This document shows positions 1-10,132 of a DNA stretch of 64,000 nucleotides, piece after piece. The notes below the pieces were generated by a model. That model worked only from the letters and a program-made list of their open reading frames with translations. It was not told the origin of the DNA and made no database searches. Position 1 is the first letter of the stretch. Every line of letters begins with the position of its first letter. A program made the position numbers and the translations under genes. Source of the DNA: an uncultured Lachnospiraceae bacterium (GTDB lineage Bacteria; Bacillota; Clostridia; Lachnospirales; Lachnospiraceae); assembly GCA_964566545.1 (NCBI GenBank), contig CAZMIX010000004.1:44257-108256 (forward strand). The letters run 5' to 3'.

Positions 1-278
1 GATTTAAGGCACATATGGGTGCAGGTTCCATTACCTCCAATGTGAAATCGGACAAGACACTCGTTGTTGTAAAAAACGGAGAAGAACAAATTGAGACAGG
101 GCTGAAAAAGTTTGGCGCAATGCTCGGGGATCAGGTAGAAGTTGGCTGCAATTCTGTGTTGAATCCAGGAACGGTTATCGGCAGGAGCACTCACATCTAT
201 CCATGTTCGCTTGTAAGAGGATGTATCGCCGAACACTCTATTTATAAAAAGGCAGGAGAAGTGGTAGTGAAACAATAG
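1..278 (+). CDS. C-terminal fragment of a hexapeptide-repeat (left-handed beta-helix) transferase; 5' end lies outside the window
   Basis: The frame stays open upstream of the listed ORF to base 3. The tail shows hexapeptide-like periodicity (GAMLGDQVEVGCNSVLNPGTVIGRST). The exact family cannot be assigned. Confidence 0.5.
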   Translation, partial: FKAHMGAGSITSNVKSDKTLVVVKNGEEQIETGLKKFGAMLGDQVEVGCNSVLNPGTVIGRSTHIYPCSLVRGCIAEHSIYKKAGEVVVKQ

Positions 279-315
279 GTCGGATTTTATTAAATTACAA
301 GGAGAACAATGAATT

Positions 316-1614
316 ATGGGAATGCTAAAGGTGGATGGCATTGTGGGTGAAATTGAAACGATAGTTGAAAACACGCTTGTAGGAATCGGCGTATTTGAAG
401 TGCAGGGCGATAAGCTTACGCCTGTTTTCCTGAACAATGGGTTCTATCGGATGCTTGGCTATACAAAAGAGGAATGCTCCCTATTTTTAAAGGACATCGA
501 GTCCAACATTATTCGTGAGGATTTGGAAGTATTTCACCAGGGGATTACCGATGTGCTCAAGGATGACGGATGGTCAGAGATTGAATTTAAAACGGTCACT
601 AAAGAGGGCAACGTTCGCTGGCTGCAGGTGCGGGGGAATTTACTTTCCAGAAGCAGAACAAGCAGCCTGATCACAGCGGTTATTTTAGATGCAACCGAGC
701 GAAAAAACATAGAAATTGAGCTTGCCGAGCAGGCAGAGAGACTTCACCTTTTATCGGAAGCAGAAGGGGAGATGATATTTGACTATAACGCAAAAACGGA
801 CGTGTTTGTCATTAAACCTGCTAAAAGTATTGGTGGAAACGATATTATGATTACGGATTATGTGCAAAAAGATCTGTATGATCATATTTATGAAGAAGAT
901 CGCGAAATGTACCGCGAAATGTTTGCCAGCATCCTGAAAAAACCGCAACGGGATGCAATCGATATACGCGCTTCCTTTTTTGACAGGGGTGTCAGATGGT
1001 ATCGGGTAAACTTTGCCAGCATTCTTGGTACGGAAGGCTACGTGACGCGTTCCGTCGGGCGGATTATTGATATTCACGAAAAGAAATTAAAGGAGCTGGA
1101 GATCGAAGCAAGAGCGGAACGTGATCCGCTTACCGGATTGTACAATAAAGGTACGACAAAAGAAATGATTGAAGCTGCTTTACAGGATTCTGACGGAAAA
1201 AATAAGATTAACGCATTGTTGATGTTAGATTTAGATAATTTCAAGGCAATTAACGATAATCTGGGTCATGCGACAGGCGACGAGGTTCTTGTTGAGGCGG
1301 CTGCAAACATCCGTTCAAATTTTAAGGGGCGGGACATTATTGGGCGCATCGGCGGCGATGAGTTTATTGTCTTTATGCGCGATGTCAGCGAAATAAAAAA
1401 TGCGCAGATGCTTGGCTACAAGCTCAACCGGCTTTTGACGATGAGCTATCCGAGAGATACCGGCGCCATTACGGTAACGGCCAGCATGGGAATTGCTTTT
1501 TCCGGAACACATGGGAATAGCTTTCAGGAGCTATATGAAAATGCGGATAAGGCGCTCTATGTCACGAAAAAACAAGGAAAAAATGGGTGCACGACTTATG
1601 ATCCAAATAATTAG
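316..1614 (+). CDS. PAS-domain diguanylate cyclase (GGDEF)
   Basis: C-terminal GGDEF domain with intact RIGGDEFIV and upstream DPLTGLYNK. The N-terminal ~270 aa are PAS-like repeats. AAGGAGA SD lies 10 nt before ATG 316. Confidence 0.85.
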   Translation: MGMLKVDGIVGEIETIVENTLVGIGVFEVQGDKLTPVFLNNGFYRMLGYTKEECSLFLKDIESNIIREDLEVFHQGITDVLKDDGWSEIEFKTVTKEGNVRWLQVRGNLLSRSRTSSLITAVILDATERKNIEIELAEQAERLHLLSEAEGEMIFDYNAKTDVFVIKPAKSIGGNDIMITDYVQKDLYDHIYEEDREMYREMFASILKKPQRDAIDIRASFFDRGVRWYRVNFASILGTEGYVTRSVGRIIDIHEKKLKELEIEARAERDPLTGLYNKGTTKEMIEAALQDSDGKNKINALLMLDLDNFKAINDNLGHATGDEVLVEAAANIRSNFKGRDIIGRIGGDEFIVFMRDVSEIKNAQMLGYKLNRLLTMSYPRDTGAITVTASMGIAFSGTHGNSFQELYENADKALYVTKKQGKNGCTTYDPNN

Positions 1615-1742
1615 GAAATAGTATAAAAAAAAGTGCAAAAAAACGACTAGATTTTTCTGTCGCTTTATGAGAGAATATGTAGTGGTTATGATGTATATTG
1701 GTGATCAATATAAATATATCTTATTTTGAAAGGAGTTTTCAC

Positions 1743-2447
1743 ATGATTTATTCTAAAGAAGTTGAAGAAATGTGTCCGGTTGCACAAGGCGTGAACCATG
1801 GCTGCGCACCTATTCCGGAAGAAGCAAAGTGGGTAAAGGCGAAGGAAGTAAAGGATATTTCCGGATTTACACACGGCGTTGGCTGGTGTGCACCGCAGCA
1901 GGGAGCCTGCAAGCTGTCACTGAACATTAAAGAGGGGATTATTCAGGAAGCCCTGATAGAGACAATCGGATGCTCCGGTATGACTCATTCCGCTGCGATG
2001 GCAGCTGAAATTCTTCCCGGCAGAACGGTTCTGGAAGCGCTTAATACGGATCTTGTATGCGACGCGATCAATACCGCAATGAGAGAATTGTTCTTACAGA
2101 TCGTTTACGGACGTTCCCAGTCCGCGTTTTCAGAGGATGGACTTGCTATTGGCGCCGGTCTTGAGGATTTAGGCAAAGGACTTCGTTCTCAGGTCGGCAC
2201 GATGTACGGCACGCTTGCAAAGGGACCTCGTTATTTGGAAATGGCAGAGGGCTATGTGACGGGTATTGCTTTGGACGCCGAGGATCAGATCATCGGCTAC
2301 AAGTTCGTAAGCCTTGGTAAGATGACGGATTTCATCAAGAAGGGCGACGACCCGAATACGGCATATGAGAAATCATGCGGCCAGTACGGACGCGTGGCTG
2401 ATGCCGTTAAGATCATCGACCCCAGAACAGATAAAGAAGTAAAATAA
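1743..2447 (+). CDS. NifU/IscU-like Fe-S scaffold-domain protein
   Basis: Conserved Cys pattern (GWCAP..GACK..GCSGMTHSAAMA) of the NifU N-terminal fold. Start moved to ATG 1743, with GAAAGGAG SD 7 nt upstream. Confidence 0.65.
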   Translation: MIYSKEVEEMCPVAQGVNHGCAPIPEEAKWVKAKEVKDISGFTHGVGWCAPQQGACKLSLNIKEGIIQEALIETIGCSGMTHSAAMAAEILPGRTVLEALNTDLVCDAINTAMRELFLQIVYGRSQSAFSEDGLAIGAGLEDLGKGLRSQVGTMYGTLAKGPRYLEMAEGYVTGIALDAEDQIIGYKFVSLGKMTDFIKKGDDPNTAYEKSCGQYGRVADAVKIIDPRTDKEVK

Positions 2448-2468
2448 GAGAAGAGGAGGACAACTATA

Positions 2469-3479
2469 ATGGCTTTATTTGAATCATATGAAAGAAGAAT
2501 TGACAAAATTAATTCCGTATTAAATAGTAATGGAATCGCTTCTCTTGAAGAAGCCGAAAAAATTACAAAGGATGCCGGCTTAAACGTATATGATATGGTG
2601 AAGGGCATTCAGCCGATTTGTTTCGAAAACGCATGTTGGGCTTACATAGTCGGCGCAGCGATCGCGATCAAGAAGAACTGCAGAAGAGCGGCGGACGCTG
2701 CAGCAGCGATCGGGGAGGGACTTCAGTCCTTCTGTATCCCAGGTTCCGTTGCGGATACCCGTCAGGTAGGTCTTGGACACGGCAATCTGGGCAAAATGCT
2801 TCTTGAAGAAGAAACAGAATGCTTCGCATTCCTTGCCGGACATGAGTCCTTTGCAGCAGCAGAGGGCGCGATCGGTATTGCTGAAAAGGCAAATAAGGTT
2901 CGCCAGAAGCCGCTTCGCGTCATCTTAAACGGTCTTGGCAAGGATGCCGCACAGGTTATTTCAAGAATCAACGGCTTTACATTCGTAGAGACAGAATATG
3001 ATCCATATACGAACACGGTAAAGGAAGTATACAGAAAGTCCTATTCCGAAGGACTTCGCGCAAAGGTAAACTGCTATGGCGCAAACGATGTATGTGAGGG
3101 CGTTGGCATCATGCACAAGGAAGGCGTAGACGTTTCCATCACAGGGAACTCTACCAACCCTACAAGATTCCAGCATCCGGTAGCTGGTACCTACAAAAAG
3201 GAATGTAACGAACAAGGCAAGAAGTATTTCTCCGTAGCATCAGGCGGCGGTACCGGACGTACCCTTCACCCGGATAACATGGCTGCGGGTCCTGCTTCCT
3301 ACGGTATGACGGATACGATGGGACGCATGCACTCAGACGCACAGTTCGCAGGTTCCTCTTCCGTACCGGCTCACGTAGAAATGATGGGTCTCATCGGCGC
3401 AGGCAACAACCCGATGGTCGGGATGACCGTAGCCGTAGCCGTTTCGATTGAAATGGCTTCAAAAGAGGGCAAGTTCTAA
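2469..3479 (+). CDS. GGGtGRT family protein (function unknown)
   Basis: Contains the family-naming motif SGGGTGRTLHPD. It starts 21 nt after the NifU-like gene and has a GAGGAGGA SD. Confidence 0.7.
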   Translation: MALFESYERRIDKINSVLNSNGIASLEEAEKITKDAGLNVYDMVKGIQPICFENACWAYIVGAAIAIKKNCRRAADAAAAIGEGLQSFCIPGSVADTRQVGLGHGNLGKMLLEEETECFAFLAGHESFAAAEGAIGIAEKANKVRQKPLRVILNGLGKDAAQVISRINGFTFVETEYDPYTNTVKEVYRKSYSEGLRAKVNCYGANDVCEGVGIMHKEGVDVSITGNSTNPTRFQHPVAGTYKKECNEQGKKYFSVASGGGTGRTLHPDNMAAGPASYGMTDTMGRMHSDAQFAGSSSVPAHVEMMGLIGAGNNPMVGMTVAVAVSIEMASKEGKF

Positions 3480-3496
3480 TAGAATTGCATAGAAAT

Positions 3497-3536
3497 AAGG
3501 GATACGCTTTCAACCGGCGTATCCCTTAATTTTGTT
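3497..3536. terminator. Bidirectional intrinsic terminator between convergent genes
   Basis: 11-bp perfect stem AAGGGATACGC / GCGTATCCCTT, followed by AATTTTGTT on the plus strand and an A/T-rich flank on the minus strand. Confidence 0.7.
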
Positions 3537-3556
3537 CTGCAGCTTTCTTTATTTTC

Positions 3557-4615
3557 TTATGTAGCCATAAATTCTTTTATAATATCCCCGACATGTTCTA
3601 ATTTTGTGGCTTTATATGCATTTTCCCCGCAAAATAGAAGAGCGTGATCCACATCTCCTTTGGCCGCATTGATTAATGCACTTGTAATACAATAAGGAAT
3701 ATCTCTTGCATTGCAGTGGGATAAGCATTGATAGCACTTAGTAACAGGAACCGGATCATTTAAAGTCTTTTCAATAAATGAATTCCAAATTGCTCTTCCT
3801 GGCATTCCTACGGGACTTTTTACAATCCTGATATCTTCTTTTTCAGCATTTATATAAGCCATCTTATATTTGATATCGGCATCGCATTCATAAGTGGTGA
3901 CAAATCTGGTGGCTACCTGTACTCCATCGGCACCAAGCTTTAAATAATGCTCCATATCCTCTTTATTATAAATCCCTCCGCCTACCACTACAGGAATGTT
4001 CTTATCGTATTTTTCTCCCAAGTTCTTTACAAAAGCAATAATTTCGGTGATTTCTTTATCAAAGTCAAGTTCCTCGATCCGCTCTAAATCCTCTGCGGAA
4101 AAGCCGAGGTGTCCGCCCGCTTTCGGACCTTCAATTACAACCATGTCAGGAATTTTTCCGTATTTTTTTTCCCACATTCGGCAAATGACATTGGCTGCTT
4201 TTAAAGAAGAAACAATGGGCGCAATTTTTGTTTTTGAGTTTTCTACCAAGGAAGGCAAAGCGATTGGAAGACCTGCCCCGGAAACAATTAGATCCACACC
4301 GGCATTTACCGCAGCGCGGACATAGTCTTCATAATTTCTGGTTGCAACCATAATATTAACCCCAATGATTCCTCCGTTTGCAAGGGTTCTTGCCTTTTCT
4401 ATTTGCTCCCCGATCACTCTTAAGTTAGTTTTGATAGGCGCCTTTTCAAATTCTTCGTCTAAGTAGCCTATTTGAGCCGTGGAGATAATGCCGATTCCCC
4501 CGGCAGCTGCAACAGCTCCGGCAAGGCCGGATAAACTGATGCCTACACCCATGCCTCCCTGAACAATAGGAACTCTGGCAATCAATTCACCGAGAATTAC
4601 AGGTTTTTTTTCCAT
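3557..4615 (-). CDS. Nitronate monooxygenase / FabK-like FMN oxidoreductase
   Basis: PIVQGGMGVGIS and GPKAGGHLG motifs of the NMO (2-nitropropane dioxygenase) TIM-barrel family. Cys-rich C-terminal tail (CYQCLSHC). Confidence 0.8.
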   Translation of the reverse strand: MEKKPVILGELIARVPIVQGGMGVGISLSGLAGAVAAAGGIGIISTAQIGYLDEEFEKAPIKTNLRVIGEQIEKARTLANGGIIGVNIMVATRNYEDYVRAAVNAGVDLIVSGAGLPIALPSLVENSKTKIAPIVSSLKAANVICRMWEKKYGKIPDMVVIEGPKAGGHLGFSAEDLERIEELDFDKEITEIIAFVKNLGEKYDKNIPVVVGGGIYNKEDMEHYLKLGADGVQVATRFVTTYECDADIKYKMAYINAEKEDIRIVKSPVGMPGRAIWNSFIEKTLNDPVPVTKCYQCLSHCNARDIPYCITSALINAAKGDVDHALLFCGENAYKATKLEHVGDIIKEFMAT

Positions 4616-4741
4616 AGTTAGTTATTTTCCTTCCGTCTCTGTTAAGGTTCAAATTTTCATATGTTTTTTAAGGATACTTTCATATCGATAGTGTTATGCG
4701 CATATATTACTCTGACTTTTGATTTCTGTCAAGGTAAGTCA

Positions 4742-6793
4742 ATGAAAAGAATAGAAGAAATAGTTTTGTCTTTGATACTTTGTTTCTGCATGATGCCGTC
4801 TGTTTTTTTTACAGGCTGCAAAACTAATGTGGCGCAGGAGCAAGCAGCGGCGCAAAGTGAAATTGTCACGTTGCTGCCAAAGGAACGGCCAAGACTTGAA
4901 GATGATTTTTATGCTTATGTGAATTTTGATACAATCCAGCAGGCCAAAATTCCGGCGGGCGAAAAGAGTTGGACGGTTGCTAATGAGATTGATAAGAGGA
5001 TCGTGAATCAGCTTTCCTCAATGATGGAAGATGCAATCGCGAGTGAGGAAAGCTGTAAAGAGGGAACGCCTCAGCAGCGAATCGCGGCTCTATACCAATG
5101 CGCGATCGATATGGATGCAAGAAACGATGCCGGTCTTTCAGAAATACAACCGCTCATTAACTCGATTGAAAATGCAAATACGTTGGAAAGCTATCTGTCT
5201 GCAATCGGAGCGCTCGATCGAGAATATGGCTATTGCAGTCTGATTAATTTTTATATTGGCGCGGATAAAGTAAATTCCGACACGTATTGTCTATATTTGA
5301 CCGGCGCAGACCTAGGACTCGGAAAGGAATATCTTGTTAATGAATCGCTCAGCAGCTATTGGATTCTTTATCAGGCCTATATTAAGCAGCTCTTTTTACT
5401 CTATGGAAATTCGGAAGAAGAAGCAGAATTGAAATCAAGAGAAATTTTTAGATTTCAGCAGGATCTTGCGTATTTTTCGTTGAATGTTGAAGAATCAGGA
5501 AATCCGGATGTCATCTATAATCCAAAAAATTTAAAGGAGTTTCAGGAACTGCTTTCAGGAATTGATGTGGAAGCAATGCTGAGGGCATTTGGATATTCTC
5601 CGGCAGACGGCGTGGAAAAATGGATTGTCACAGACGTGGAGCAGGTGAGAAAAATTAACACCTATTTGACCGAAAGGCATCTTTCCATATTAAAAGACTT
5701 TTCCGTATTTATTTTATTAAGAGATTTTGCGCCATATCTGTCGGAGGAATTTTATCGGGCGAACTTAAATTATATAAACGCATTTTATGGCATATGGGAA
5801 GAGAAAAGTGATGCACAGATTGCTTCCGAGTTCGTACAGGGCGTTTTAGGATTTGATTTTGGAAGGCTTTATACAGAAAAATATTTCCCTGATGAAAACA
5901 AAGAGGAAATAGAACAATTAGTACAGGAAATCATCGAAGTCTATCAGAGAAGAATTGATAAACAAGAATGGATGAGTCAGGAGACAAAGGAGAAAGCAAA
6001 GAGGAAGCTGGATACAATGAATGTAAAAATAGGATATCCGGATAAGTGGCCTAATTATATGGAACATGTGGTCGTAAGAACCTCAAAGGCGGGCGGCAGC
6101 CTTCTGACTAATGTGTTGGAGTTGAGCCGCATTAACAAACAACATGAATACAGCAGGTTGGGTAATGCGGTTGACAGAAGTGAATGGTTTCTCACGCCGC
6201 AAACCGTAAATGCTTATTATAACGCATCCATGAACGAGATCGTGTTCCCGGCTGCAATTTTACAGGCACCTTTTTACGATCAGACTGCGGATCGTTCGGC
6301 AAATCTCGGCGGAATCGGCATGGTGATCGGACATGAAATTACCCATGCATTTGATGCGGCCGGCTCCCTTTACGACGAAAATGGAAATTACCATGTCTGG
6401 TGGACAGCGGAGGAATATCAAAAATTTAATGACCTGAAGCAGAGAATTGTAGATTATTATGATAGTTATGAGTTGACGGAGGGATTATATGTAAATGGGA
6501 CGCTGACGCTCAGTGAAAACATTGCGGATCTGGGTGGTCTCGCCTGTATGTGTGAGCTTTGTGGAAATGATCAGGAATCGCTTAAAGTAATGTTTAAAAG
6601 CTATGCCGACTGTTGGGCGCTCAAGCAGACAAAGGATGCCATGCTCCATTATTTAAACAGTGACGTGCATGCTCCGGGAAAAATAAGAGTCAATGCAGTC
6701 CTCAGCTCGATGGATGCTTTTTATGACATCTATGGTATTCGGCCAAAGGACGATATGTATGTTGCGCCTGAAAGCAGAGTCGGGATCTGGTAG
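4742..6793 (+). CDS. pepO: M13 family zinc metallopeptidase (PepO / endothelin-converting-enzyme-like), probable lipoprotein
   Basis: HEITH zinc motif (VIGHEITHAFD) and downstream ENIADLGG. Start set at MKRIEE (4742), which gives a signal peptide ending in the lipobox FFTGC. Confidence 0.88.
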   Translation: MKRIEEIVLSLILCFCMMPSVFFTGCKTNVAQEQAAAQSEIVTLLPKERPRLEDDFYAYVNFDTIQQAKIPAGEKSWTVANEIDKRIVNQLSSMMEDAIASEESCKEGTPQQRIAALYQCAIDMDARNDAGLSEIQPLINSIENANTLESYLSAIGALDREYGYCSLINFYIGADKVNSDTYCLYLTGADLGLGKEYLVNESLSSYWILYQAYIKQLFLLYGNSEEEAELKSREIFRFQQDLAYFSLNVEESGNPDVIYNPKNLKEFQELLSGIDVEAMLRAFGYSPADGVEKWIVTDVEQVRKINTYLTERHLSILKDFSVFILLRDFAPYLSEEFYRANLNYINAFYGIWEEKSDAQIASEFVQGVLGFDFGRLYTEKYFPDENKEEIEQLVQEIIEVYQRRIDKQEWMSQETKEKAKRKLDTMNVKIGYPDKWPNYMEHVVVRTSKAGGSLLTNVLELSRINKQHEYSRLGNAVDRSEWFLTPQTVNAYYNASMNEIVFPAAILQAPFYDQTADRSANLGGIGMVIGHEITHAFDAAGSLYDENGNYHVWWTAEEYQKFNDLKQRIVDYYDSYELTEGLYVNGTLTLSENIADLGGLACMCELCGNDQESLKVMFKSYADCWALKQTKDAMLHYLNSDVHAPGKIRVNAVLSSMDAFYDIYGIRPKDDMYVAPESRVGIW

Positions 6794-6913
6794 GGCAATC
6801 AGTTAAGGCCGTAAGAAATTGCTTGATAAATAAAGGATATTTCTATATACTGTATGTTATTGATAGATTTATTCTATATAGGCGAATCGTTTAAAAGACA
6901 GGAATGAAACCGA

Positions 6914-9361
6914 ATGACAAAAAATGAATTTAAACAACTGAGCGAAAAAATTATTTATCTGGACGGAGCGACAGGTTCCGTCCTTGTAAAAAGAGGCATG
7001 CCTTCCGGCGTTTGCCCGGAGCTTTGGATTTTGGACAACCCTGAGGTATTGATCGGGCTGCAGGAGGAATATCTTTTAGCGGGAACGAACATCCTGCTTG
7101 CTCCGACCTTTACGTCTAATCGCATTAAGCTTGCCGAATATGGGATTGCTGATAGACTGGAGGAATTAAATAGGAGACTTGTCGAATTGTCGATGACGGC
7201 TGTCAGACGGCATAAAGAAAAGTATCCGGATGCCGTTGCTTTTGTTGCGGCTGATATTACGATGACGGGACAGCAGCTAAAGCCGATGGGATCTCTTGAT
7301 TTTGAGGAACTTGTCGATATTTATAAGGAACAGTTGACATACCTGATCGATGCCGGTGTGGATTTGATTATAATAGAAACAATGATGAGTCTGCAGGAAA
7401 CGCGGGCGGCATTGCTTGCCGTAAAGGAGCAATGCGATTTGCCTATCATCGCTTCCCTAACCTATGAAAACGACGGTCGTACTCTTTACGGCACGGACGC
7501 GATGACCGCAATTGCTGTTTTACAGAGTCTTGGCGCGGACGCGGTCGGCACGAATTGCTCTACCGGACCTGATAAAATGCTTTATAATATCAAAAAGATG
7601 GCGGAGCTTGGGCGGATTCCGATTGTTGCAAAGCCCAATGCCGGTCTGCCACGATTGGCTGAGGATGGCGGCACGGTCTATGATATGACTCCGGAAGTAT
7701 TTGCCGAAGAAATGCTTCCCATCATAGAGGCAGGTGCATCGATTATTGGTGGCTGCTGTGGTACGACCCCCGCACATATTAAGGCTCTGTACGAAAAAAC
7801 GAAGGCATTAAAGCCAAACAGATCCATCGTACCAAATTCGATGCGCTATCTTTCGTCTGAAAAGCAGACGGTGATATTTGAGCTGGATTCCCCCTTCATG
7901 ATTGTCGGAGAACGGATCAACCCGACCGGTAAGAAAAAGCTTCAGGAAGGGCTCAGAGAAGGCAGTTTTGAACTTGTCAATGAATTCGCACGGGAGCAGG
8001 CGGAAAAGGGTGCGTCGTTCCTTGACATCAATATGGGCATGAGTGGCATCGATGAAAAAGTCACGATGTTGAAAGCGATTGAGGAAATTACGACAAATGT
8101 GCGTCTGCCCCTTGTGATTGATTCCAGTCATGTCGATGTGATCGAGCAGGCGCTTAGGCGTTATCCGGGACGTGCCTTGATTAATTCAATTTCAGGCGAA
8201 AAAGTGAAGCTTGACCAATTAATGCCAATTGCTAAAAAATATGGTGCGATGTTTATTCTGCTTCCCCTTTCCGATGAGGGACTTCCCGAATCACTGGAAG
8301 AAAAAAAGGAAATTATACATAAAATTTTAGAGCGCGCAAAAGAGCTCGGTATCAGTAACAATGATATTGTTGTAGACGGTCTTGTGGCGACGGTCGGTGC
8401 AAATAAGCTTGCGGCAATAGAAACGGCAGAGACCATTCGCTATTGCAAGGAGGAGCTTTCTCTTCCTACAATCGTAGGCTTGTCCAATATTTCCTTTGGG
8501 CTTCCCGAACGATCTAATGTCAATAGCAGCTTTTTGACGATGGCAATTCAGGCAGGCCTGACGATGGCAATTTTAAATCCTTCGCAACAGCAGCTTGTTG
8601 CCGGTGCGCTTGCGACCGATATGCTTTTAAATAAGAAGTCTTCCGATATTCGCTATATCCAATTCATCAATGAGCTGAAAGAGCAGTATCCCAACATGGA
8701 AACTGTTTCAAAAGAAGCTGATTCGACCGAATTGGTTGACAAAATACAGAAGGCTGTGCTGACCGGAAATCAAAAGGCCATCGTCACTTATACGAAGGAG
8801 GCGATCAAAGACGGTAAAGAAGCGAAGAAGCTTCTTGATGAGAGCCTGCTTCCTGCAATTAACGAGGTTGGCCGATTATTTGAAAAAGGAAAATATTTTT
8901 TGCCCCAGCTCATCGCGAGTGCGGAGGCGATGAAGCTCGCGCTTGAATATCTGGAGCCGTTGTTGACAACAACGGGTGCAAATGAGCCGCAGATTACGAT
9001 TGTCATTGCAACGGTCAAAGGAGATATTCATGATATCGGTAAAAATTTGGTCGCTTTAATGCTGAAAAACTACGGATTTAAGGTCATCGACCTCGGTAAG
9101 GATGTCGCAAAAGAAGACATTATCAAGGCCGCAAAGGAGCATGATGCACAGATCATCGCACTATCTGCTCTAATGACGACGACAATGCAGGAAATGCGGC
9201 ATGTTGTGGAGTTGACAAAGCAGGAGGGTTTACATGTACAGATTATTATCGGCGGTGCTGTCATTACCCAGGACTATGCGGACGAAATTCACGCAGATGG
9301 CTATTCCAAGGATGCGCAGAATGCGGTGAAATTGACACAGCGGTTGATGAAGTTGTTATAA
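6914..9361 (+). CDS. metH: Cobalamin-dependent methionine synthase, short form without the AdoMet reactivation domain
   Basis: Hcy-binding domain with Zn cysteines (GTNCSTGP, GGCCGTTP) and a pterin-binding barrel. The B12-binding domain has DxHxxG (GDIHDIGKN), SALMTTT and IIGGA. The protein ends right after the B12 domain. Confidence 0.9.
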   Translation: MTKNEFKQLSEKIIYLDGATGSVLVKRGMPSGVCPELWILDNPEVLIGLQEEYLLAGTNILLAPTFTSNRIKLAEYGIADRLEELNRRLVELSMTAVRRHKEKYPDAVAFVAADITMTGQQLKPMGSLDFEELVDIYKEQLTYLIDAGVDLIIIETMMSLQETRAALLAVKEQCDLPIIASLTYENDGRTLYGTDAMTAIAVLQSLGADAVGTNCSTGPDKMLYNIKKMAELGRIPIVAKPNAGLPRLAEDGGTVYDMTPEVFAEEMLPIIEAGASIIGGCCGTTPAHIKALYEKTKALKPNRSIVPNSMRYLSSEKQTVIFELDSPFMIVGERINPTGKKKLQEGLREGSFELVNEFAREQAEKGASFLDINMGMSGIDEKVTMLKAIEEITTNVRLPLVIDSSHVDVIEQALRRYPGRALINSISGEKVKLDQLMPIAKKYGAMFILLPLSDEGLPESLEEKKEIIHKILERAKELGISNNDIVVDGLVATVGANKLAAIETAETIRYCKEELSLPTIVGLSNISFGLPERSNVNSSFLTMAIQAGLTMAILNPSQQQLVAGALATDMLLNKKSSDIRYIQFINELKEQYPNMETVSKEADSTELVDKIQKAVLTGNQKAIVTYTKEAIKDGKEAKKLLDESLLPAINEVGRLFEKGKYFLPQLIASAEAMKLALEYLEPLLTTTGANEPQITIVIATVKGDIHDIGKNLVALMLKNYGFKVIDLGKDVAKEDIIKAAKEHDAQIIALSALMTTTMQEMRHVVELTKQEGLHVQIIIGGAVITQDYADEIHADGYSKDAQNAVKLTQRLMKLL

Positions 9362-9404
9362 ATGGAGCGCGCGGACAGAAACGATTTTAAGAGGGGAAAA
9401 CAGT

Positions 9405-10100
9405 ATGAGCAAAAAGTCGGAAAACATGGAGAATCATGAGAAACAGCAGACATTGGAAGGAAGCAGCGGTTTAAACGCCGGTACTGAGATCGTAAAAAGT
9501 CAGGAGATATTGCCGGTACAGACCATAGAAGCAGATCCGAAAAGCGTCTGTGAGGTCGTCCGGAAATCCATCAATGCTTCTTCTAAAAAGAAACCAAGCA
9601 AAAAGGAGCTGCTGGAACTTGATGAAGAACGGCTTGCTTCCGTCCGCGACGCGGATTTAAAAGTCATTGCAGAGCTTTTGCAGGAAATTCGGAATGAGAA
9701 TTCCCGTGAAATGAAATATGCCAAAACACAGATGCGACTGGCGGTATTTACTTCGTTTACCTCCTTGATTATCATTATTATTGTGGCGATTGGAGTGGCA
9801 TTTATCGTACCACGAGTGACGATGCTTGCCAATCAGGCGGATGTCCTCTTTCAGCAGGCAGACGGTCTGATGACGCAGGCGGAAACCGTTATGAACAATA
9901 TGGAACTGGTGACGACTCAGCTAGCAAAAGCGGATATTACCGGCATGCTCGAGGACGTGGATTCTTTTGTTGCAACAAGTCAGGAAAGTATGGGTGCGGC
10001 AGTGAAAAAGGTGACGGATATCGACATTGATTCCCTTAATACGGCGATCAAGGATCTCGGTACGATCGTAGCTCCGCTTGCAAAGCTGCTTGGCAGATAA
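9405..10100 (+). CDS. Hypothetical single-pass membrane protein with a coiled-coil C-terminal half
   Basis: GAGGGGAAAA SD. Charged N-terminal region, one TM helix (AVFTSFTSLIIIIIVAIGVAFIV), then a heptad-like Q/A/D-rich tail. No family recognised. Confidence 0.5.
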   Translation: MSKKSENMENHEKQQTLEGSSGLNAGTEIVKSQEILPVQTIEADPKSVCEVVRKSINASSKKKPSKKELLELDEERLASVRDADLKVIAELLQEIRNENSREMKYAKTQMRLAVFTSFTSLIIIIIVAIGVAFIVPRVTMLANQADVLFQQADGLMTQAETVMNNMELVTTQLAKADITGMLEDVDSFVATSQESMGAAVKKVTDIDIDSLNTAIKDLGTIVAPLAKLLGR

Positions 10101-10132
10101 GCGTTTATTACTTTTAAGGATAAAGGAAAGGA

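Noticed and set aside
6794-6913. Cobalamin or SAM riboswitch upstream of metH
   Set aside because: The gap is only 120 nt, AT-rich and unstructured, with no B12 box. There is only a weak promoter-like TTGATA-17-TATACT.
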